64,000 bases of DNA from Candidatus Phycocordibacter aenigmaticus (lineage in GTDB: Bacteria > Patescibacteriota > Minisyncoccia > Phycocordibacterales > Phycocordibacteraceae), in contig CP174359.1 in assembly GCA_045401115.1 (NCBI GenBank), positions 291,247-355,246 of the forward strand. Reading direction: 5' to 3'. Below are positions 58,358-64,000 of this stretch, in pieces. A program made the translations under genes and the position numbers. The notes beneath the pieces were generated by a model that was given only the letters and a program-made list of their open reading frames with translations, did no database searches and had not been told where the DNA came from. Numbering within the stretch: the first letter of the stretch is position 1; the number at the start of each line of letters is the position of its first letter.

Positions 58358-59473
58358 ATGCGTTTTATTTTTTCTATCGTATTAGTCGGACTCTCTTTAT
58401 TAAGCGGAAGTAGTGTTCTTGCCGCAGAAACAGAAAACGATTTTAAAGAACGTATCCTGCATGGAAAGGTCCTCGAAGTACTCAAAGAGGATGTAAGAGA
58501 AGTTCCTGGAACGCAAACAGAGTATCTCTATCAAGAAATCAATGCAGAAATTTTAGAGGGTCCTCGGAAAGGGGAACAGATCCTTATTGAAAATGATTAT
58601 TTTGAGTTACAAAAAGGCGATAAATTTTATTTCAATAATTTTATTGACATCAACGGGCAAGAAGTCTCAGGAGTCATTAGTATCGATAGAAAAGATTCTC
58701 TCATATTATTGGTGTTAATTTTTGTAGCAGTAGTGGTAGCGTTCGGGGGATGGCAAGGTGTTCGGTCACTTGTTGCGCTTGCTGCAAGTTTCATTGCTAT
58801 TTTTTATATTCTTATGCCGGGGATACTTGAAGGGTGGAATCCTCTCTTCGCGAGTATTGCTGTTGCCACTGGTATCCTGTTCGCGGCGATTTTCTTTACA
58901 CATGGCTTTAACCGCGAGTCAGTGGTGGCATACACTGGAACTATGATTTCGGTGGTATTAACCGGTTTTTTTGCTGTTTTTGCGGTAGGACTTACCAGCC
59001 TATCGGGATTTGCTGCCGAAGAATCAGTATATTTAAACTTTGGCACTCAAGGCACGCTTGATTTCACGGCACTTTTGCTCGGCGCAATTATTATCGGTGC
59101 GTTAGGAGTGCTTGATGATATTGCGGTTACACAAGCAGCAGTAGTAACAGAGCTTTTTAATAGTAATGATAGTTTAACTAGAAGGGAAGTGTATATGAAA
59201 GCAATTCGTGTAGGGCGTGAACATGTAGGAGCGCTTGTTAATACGTTGGTGCTTGCCTACACCGGTGCGGCGCTTCCACTGCTTTTGTATTTCTACCTTT
59301 CTCCCGCCGGGTTTGGCGCATCAATAAATTCAGAACTGTTCGCTACCGAGATCGTGCGCACCATCGTCGGCAGTATCGGCCTTATTCTGGCGGTGCCTAT
59401 TGTGACCTTACTCGCGGTGTTCTTTTTGAAGGGGTATACAAAAAACCAATCTCATACACATTCTCATATATAA
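58358..59473 (+). CDS. polytopic membrane protein, YibE/F-like
   Basis: Signal, a periplasmic domain and seven or eight TM with a Gly-rich pattern. Family call is tentative. Confidence 0.35.
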   Translation: MRFIFSIVLVGLSLLSGSSVLAAETENDFKERILHGKVLEVLKEDVREVPGTQTEYLYQEINAEILEGPRKGEQILIENDYFELQKGDKFYFNNFIDINGQEVSGVISIDRKDSLILLVLIFVAVVVAFGGWQGVRSLVALAASFIAIFYILMPGILEGWNPLFASIAVATGILFAAIFFTHGFNRESVVAYTGTMISVVLTGFFAVFAVGLTSLSGFAAEESVYLNFGTQGTLDFTALLLGAIIIGALGVLDDIAVTQAAVVTELFNSNDSLTRREVYMKAIRVGREHVGALVNTLVLAYTGAALPLLLYFYLSPAGFGASINSELFATEIVRTIVGSIGLILAVPIVTLLAVFFLKGYTKNQSHTHSHI

Positions 59474-59537
59474 AAATATAGTACGGTAACTACAGTGGGT
59501 TTTTGAGTAGCATATCTATTGTTATAATAATGTATAT

Positions 59538-60479
59538 ATGAATAAAAATGTATTGAGCGCCCTTGTTGTGCTTTTAGTTGTTTTAATTGGAGGTTTTTTC
59601 CTTTTTAACCATTATGTATATACCGAAAAACAAGCAAGCGGAAACGAAGCTCTTGCTGTTTATTTTTCTGAAGAAATTTTTGAAAGAGCAACGAGTGACG
59701 GGATGATACCGATTGAAGGCTACGATGCTGGGTTGTTATTGGCGGAATTCCCCAGTCTTGTTGTAGAAGACTTCGATGGCGTGGAAACATTTGAAGGGGT
59801 ATATCATATTGAAAACGGTGAACTCGTTTTCAATCGTCAGTTCGAACAACCTGTTTCAAGCGCCGAACGTACTATTTCTCAAGATGGATATAGTATGTTA
59901 CTGACAAATGTGTCTGAGCGATTGAATATGCCGATACAAACACAAGAGGAAATTAATACTGTTATTGATGTTCTGGAAAAGGCTACCTTTCAAAAAAAGA
60001 CAGACGAAGAGGTGGCTATCGCTTTTTCATATCGGACCAATCCAAACGGTTACCGACTTGAAGAATTAGAATTTGATGCTGCGCCTTCATTACCGGACCC
60101 CGGTTTTGTAAAAGGATGGAACCTTATCTTAGAACAAGATTATCAAGAGCTACAAGAAAGTGATGTTCCACGAGAAGGACCACCAACAATAAACGTTATC
60201 GTTTTTAAAAATCCACAACAACAATCGCCTCAAGTCTGGGTACAAGAACATGCATCATTCTCTAATATAGGAATTATAAATGGGGAACTGGAAGAGTTTA
60301 CTCTCAATGGACAGGAAGCGGTACGTTATATGTATGACGGTCTTTATATGAATGATACAATCGTGGTTACCTATGGGGAGTATGTCTATATGATCTCAGG
60401 TGCGTATGTTAATCCACAACAAACGATTCGTCAGGATTTCCACCCGTTTATCGATTCTATTGAATTCCTTTCGGAATAA
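59538..60479 (+). CDS. hypothetical secreted/anchored protein
   Basis: N-terminal TM. No family recognised. Confidence 0.3.
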   Translation: MNKNVLSALVVLLVVLIGGFFLFNHYVYTEKQASGNEALAVYFSEEIFERATSDGMIPIEGYDAGLLLAEFPSLVVEDFDGVETFEGVYHIENGELVFNRQFEQPVSSAERTISQDGYSMLLTNVSERLNMPIQTQEEINTVIDVLEKATFQKKTDEEVAIAFSYRTNPNGYRLEELEFDAAPSLPDPGFVKGWNLILEQDYQELQESDVPREGPPTINVIVFKNPQQQSPQVWVQEHASFSNIGIINGELEEFTLNGQEAVRYMYDGLYMNDTIVVTYGEYVYMISGAYVNPQQTIRQDFHPFIDSIEFLSE

Positions 60480-60499
60480 GAAATATTAAGAGTAATACT

Positions 60500-60805
60500 A
60501 TGAAAATTAAAGATGAATTTATAACGTTTCTCAGCGATTACAATATCGTGGCGCTTTCCGTAGCATTTGTGATGGGGGTTGCCAGTACATCGTTAGTGCA
60601 ATCGTTGGTGAAAGATATTTTTATGCCTCTGTTTAGTCTACTTCTTCCAAGTGACTCTTGGCGTGAAGCTGCTATTGCGATTGGCCCGGCATCGGTGCGT
60701 TACGGTGCGTTTATTGCTGAATTAATCAATTTCCTGCTCCTTTCGTTCGTTGTATTCATTATTATAAAAAAACTCATTCGGTTTAATAAAGAACCTAAAA
60801 ATTAA
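60500..60805 (+). CDS. mscL: large-conductance mechanosensitive channel MscL
   Basis: 101 aa, two TM. FLSDYNIVALSVAFVMGVA...FIAELINFLLLSFVVFIIIKKL matches MscL architecture. Confidence 0.65.
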   Translation: MKIKDEFITFLSDYNIVALSVAFVMGVASTSLVQSLVKDIFMPLFSLLLPSDSWREAAIAIGPASVRYGAFIAELINFLLLSFVVFIIIKKLIRFNKEPKN

Positions 60806-60815
60806 TTATTGTTAT

Positions 60816-61382
60816 ATGAAAAAAATCTGGATATTTATCGTTGTAGCACTGATTGCAGCCGCAGTAGCGTGGCTGGGATTTTCTCGTGATACGGAACCCA
60901 CACCAACAACAGCTGAGTCATTTGAAGAGTGTGTTGCACAGGGGAATCCTGTTATGGAAAGCTATCCTCGTCAATGTAGAGATCAAGCAGGGGCTCTTTT
61001 TGTTGAAGATGTCACTCGCGACTGGGAAGCGGCGTATACCAATGCGTCTGAAGATCTTATCGTAGTTAATTCTCCCGAAGTTGGCGACTCTGTCTCTTCT
61101 CCACTTACTATTTCCGGCGAGGCTCGCGGTTACTGGTTCTTTGAGGCTACGTTCCCAATAGTTATCGTTGATTGGGACGGACGTATTATTGCTGAGCATT
61201 ACGCAGAAGCTGAAGGCGACTGGATGACAGAAGAATTCGTACCGTTTACGGCTACACTTGAGTTTGATACCCCTACAGCAGGTGCACTTATAAATAGAGG
61301 CGCAATCATTCTACAGCGATCCAATGCTTCAGGGTTACCTGAAAATGATGCGGCACTTGAAATTCCAATCGTGTTCGAATAA
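60816..61382 (+). CDS. hypothetical secreted protein (Gmad2-like Ig domain possible)
   Basis: Signal/TM. The C-terminal half is beta-rich. Confidence 0.3.
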   Translation: MKKIWIFIVVALIAAAVAWLGFSRDTEPTPTTAESFEECVAQGNPVMESYPRQCRDQAGALFVEDVTRDWEAAYTNASEDLIVVNSPEVGDSVSSPLTISGEARGYWFFEATFPIVIVDWDGRIIAEHYAEAEGDWMTEEFVPFTATLEFDTPTAGALINRGAIILQRSNASGLPENDAALEIPIVFE

Positions 61383-61417
61383 TCTCTATTCCTCTATATG
61401 TAATACATATTGAGTTT

Positions 61418-63076
61418 CTACAACTCGCAGGATTTTGTGGTGCTTCTATCAGTAAACTGAAATAGTGTTTTACATAATGTTTCGAAACTCATCGGCTTTT
61501 TAAAAACATGGTCTTCGCCCGGCATAGTCACTAGGTTAACTGGAACACCGGTGTAGGAGAGGAAGGTAGCGAGCCCCCGAGATTGTTCATAAGGAATTGT
61601 AGTGTCATTTTCACCGTGTACCAGCACTACTTTTTGGTCGGTGATATTGTCTGCATAATTGTATATCGAGGCGGTTCGATACAGTTCACGATTAGTGTCA
61701 TTTGCTGTGCCGTGGAATTGCACATTAAAAATAGAATTCCCTAGATTTTCAAGAAGTGTCATCCAGTCCATGACACCGTTTATGGAAAGCGCTCCGTCAA
61801 TAAGGTTAGGGTTATCAACTAATAGTTTAAGTGATAAGTAACCACCATAACTGTTTCCTACGACATACACTTTTTCGTAGTTGTTTCGTGCAGCAAAGTT
61901 GGCAATCGCAGCCGCACTTTTTTCAGCGTCGATAGTACCAATACCACCAGTTATCGATTCAGCAAAGAGTCGTCCAAAACCAAATGAGCCGGGGTAGTCG
62001 AGTTTCAGTATTCCCACATCTGCTCTACGTAACTTTTCAAGCATCCAGTCATACCCGCCGTAACTCCAATACGGGTGGTATTCTTCAGCGGCTTGTCGAT
62101 AGGGTCCACCGTGAAGCCAGATGACTAACGTATCTGATTGTCCGCTTTCTTCAAGTAAGAATATTCCCGTGAGTCCTTCGGTAAGTGTTTCAACCACCTG
62201 TCCCTGCGTGGTTACCGTATCCCACTTAGGTAATTGAAAGTACTCAAGTGTTTCTGTTCGAGTATTGTACAGCGCCGGTCTAAGTCCTTGTGCATCGTTC
62301 TGTGCGAACAAGAGTTTTTCTCCTTTCAGCCAGAGATTATCGGCGTACGAAACGTTATCTGCTATTTTCCGCAGATTGTATGTTGAGAGAGTAAGTTCAT
62401 AAAGTGCCCACGCATATGGATTGTCGCGGTTGGCGATATAAAAAATAGTATCGTTATCTTTCCATACAAGATCAACAACTGAGTATTCACGAGAGAATAG
62501 TCTTGTGCTTGGCAGTTCAGTTCCTTTTAACCCAAGCTGTGTCATATTTACTTCGTAGAGTGTTGAGTGATCTTTTGTGTCGCTTAAATAGAGAAGTGTT
62601 TTCGAGTCAGGTGAAAAGTGATAATAACGCAGTAAACCTTCTGAGAGTAAGTCCCAATACGCAACAGGTTCAGTCTTAGTATAGATAGACAAATCAGTCG
62701 TATCCATTACTCCAAACGTGTGCGCTCCGCGTGCTTGTGTTGCTGGGATATAAAAAGCAATGTATCGCCCATCTGGGGAGCGGTGCAAACTTGACGCGCC
62801 GCGCGGTAGCAATGCGCGATACGCGTTCATAAATATCGGTGTTTCTTTCGCTCCAGGCGAGAGAATGGACGTACCCTCATCAGTTTCATTGCACTTCAGG
62901 GTTATAAAAGAACACCGATAGGAAGTTTCTTTAGTGAAGGCAGTTCGCTGTATTAACACTTCAGTTTCCGAGTGTTGCTGCACTCGCGCATAGTCGATCT
63001 CGAGAGCGGCATACGTAGACATCGGGTTTACGAGAACTAAAAACGTCACGATAGGTATATAGAAAAGGAGGTGCAT
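61418..63076 (-). CDS. S9 family serine peptidase (prolyl oligopeptidase/acylaminoacyl-peptidase type) with N-terminal beta-propeller
   Basis: Nucleophile elbow GNSYGGY. Catalytic Asp/His in the C-terminal alpha/beta hydrolase domain. Signal peptide. Confidence 0.75.
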   Translation of the reverse strand: MHLLFYIPIVTFLVLVNPMSTYAALEIDYARVQQHSETEVLIQRTAFTKETSYRCSFITLKCNETDEGTSILSPGAKETPIFMNAYRALLPRGASSLHRSPDGRYIAFYIPATQARGAHTFGVMDTTDLSIYTKTEPVAYWDLLSEGLLRYYHFSPDSKTLLYLSDTKDHSTLYEVNMTQLGLKGTELPSTRLFSREYSVVDLVWKDNDTIFYIANRDNPYAWALYELTLSTYNLRKIADNVSYADNLWLKGEKLLFAQNDAQGLRPALYNTRTETLEYFQLPKWDTVTTQGQVVETLTEGLTGIFLLEESGQSDTLVIWLHGGPYRQAAEEYHPYWSYGGYDWMLEKLRRADVGILKLDYPGSFGFGRLFAESITGGIGTIDAEKSAAAIANFAARNNYEKVYVVGNSYGGYLSLKLLVDNPNLIDGALSINGVMDWMTLLENLGNSIFNVQFHGTANDTNRELYRTASIYNYADNITDQKVVLVHGENDTTIPYEQSRGLATFLSYTGVPVNLVTMPGEDHVFKKPMSFETLCKTLFQFTDRSTTKSCEL

Positions 63077-63164
63077 ATAAAGAATGAAGATGCTCTCTCA
63101 ATAGTATCATCGCTTTGAGTCGCTTTTGCCATTATAATGAACGTATTATAGAATAACGAGTATT

Positions 63165-63716
63165 ATGCAACACACATCACTTTTCCATCGAATTCAACAA
63201 GCAGAAGCCCCCGACACACTCTCACTGGTCGTAGAAATTAGTGAAGGTGACTATACCAAATATGAGTACAATCACGAGCTTGACGTACTTGAAGTCGATC
63301 GCGTTCTCTATGGTCCTATGTTTTATCCGGTTAATTATTGTGACGTTCCTGGTACATGGAACGAACACGATAAAGACCCGCTTGATGCGATGGTATTTAG
63401 TAGTACCCCAATTATTCCTGGCGCCATGGTTACCGGTCGCGTTATTGGTGGTATGGAAATGATTGATAATGGAGAGATTGATCACAAAATTATTTGTGTG
63501 AATGCTAAAGATCCACGTTTTGATCACGTACAAAAAATAGAAAACCTCACTCCATACCAGCGAAAAGATATCGTCACTTTTTTTGAACTCTACAAGATTC
63601 CACAAACAGGGAAGGATACAACAGAAGTCGGTAAGTTTATGGATAAAAAAGAGGCGGGAGTATTTATTAATGAGTGCATTGAGATGTATAAGAAAAAGTT
63701 CGCGGACATACTCTAA
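63165..63716 (+). CDS. ppa: inorganic pyrophosphatase (family I)
   Basis: DxDPxD-type motif DKDPLDAMV, about 180 aa, conserved Lys/Arg/Tyr pattern. Confidence 0.85.
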   Translation: MQHTSLFHRIQQAEAPDTLSLVVEISEGDYTKYEYNHELDVLEVDRVLYGPMFYPVNYCDVPGTWNEHDKDPLDAMVFSSTPIIPGAMVTGRVIGGMEMIDNGEIDHKIICVNAKDPRFDHVQKIENLTPYQRKDIVTFFELYKIPQTGKDTTEVGKFMDKKEAGVFINECIEMYKKKFADIL

Positions 63717-63735
63717 CTCCTTTGAAGTTCTTTTG

Positions 63736-64000
63736 ATGAATCAAGAATTCGACTCCCCTATCTCGATTTATTTTGAAAAACGTGTTCATGAATATGAAGA
63801 CGTTTTTTCATATTATTTCAGTGTTGCAGATGATTTCACTTTTAAGGCGGGACAGAATGTGCGCGTCGTAGTACCTCAGCTTGAGGGTGATGCGGCACGG
63901 AGAAGTCTCTCCATTGCTTCGTCGCCGACTGAATCACTATTGCAGTTCACACTTCATGTTGGTTCACACAGCGCATATAAAAAAGCGTTTATGAATCTAC
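63736..64000 (+). CDS. FNR-like FAD-binding oxidoreductase, N-terminal fragment (runs off window end)
   Basis: RxxS FAD-binding motif RSLSIASSP. No stop codon before the window end. Confidence 0.45.
   Translation, partial: MNQEFDSPISIYFEKRVHEYEDVFSYYFSVADDFTFKAGQNVRVVVPQLEGDAARRSLSIASSPTESLLQFTLHVGSHSAYKKAFMNL

Overview
The window is a chromosomal segment from a small-genome bacterium in the style of the Candidate Phyla Radiation (Patescibacteria, Parcubacteria-like). The phylum call is an inference from content, not a database hit. It uses the standard code 11: RF2/prfB is present and the reading frames are clean.

Contents in order along the window:

- 1-800: a GC-rich hairpin-dense non-coding segment followed by an AT-rich orphan ORF.
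- 0.9-13.5 kb: a SurA-like chaperone and ComF, then a near-complete type IV pilus locus (pilM with a frameshift in an A7 run, pilN, pilO, pilB, a CheY-like receiver, pilT, pilC, major pilin, pilD, four minor pilins).
- 13.5-17.3 kb: ligA, gatC, gatA.
- 17.3-22.2 kb: three tRNA loci (Met-CAT, Met-CAT, Asp-GTC) with mobile-element scars. There is a GIY-YIG cassette inserted at a tRNA 3-prime end with a 19-bp duplication, an HTH/LAGLIDADG-like ORF beside the second tRNA, and duplicated and inverted tRNA-Asp end fragments.
- 22.2-26.1 kb: a cobalamin module (DUF4430 protein, PduO adenosyltransferase, B12-dependent class II RNR).
- 26.2-28.4 kb: an ArsR regulator, a NirK-type copper nitrite reductase, and NUDIX.
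- 28.4-28.8 kb: two minus-strand tRNA-Thr genes. The GGT isoacceptor is split by a 204-nt group-I-like intron in the anticodon loop.
- 29.2-33.5 kb: prfB (no programmed frameshift, shortened domain 1), ftsEX, pyrG.
- 34-35.2 kb: a cupredoxin, then a tRNA-Gln locus with pseudo-copies.
- 35.2-45.8 kb: an amino-acid permease, then a copper and sulfide stress island. It holds DsbA, cupredoxin-like proteins, rhodanese, a CsoR-family repressor with palindromic operator, DUF302, CPH-type copper P-type ATPase, DUF305, a second CstR-like repressor with a similar operator, a second rhodanese, and an MBL-fold persulfide-dioxygenase-like protein.
- 46.4-64 kb: FAD monooxygenase, thioredoxin plus a CcdA-MsrA-MsrB fusion, NERD, HI0933 flavoprotein, ABC-F, a second GIY-YIG, EEP nuclease, ZIP transporter and Fur/Zur with a palindromic box, YibE/F-like protein, MscL, S9 peptidase, inorganic pyrophosphatase, and a partial FNR-like reductase.

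I saw no CRISPR array and no rRNA. The most unusual signals are the tRNA-associated mobile or intron elements and the unexplained structured region at the window start.
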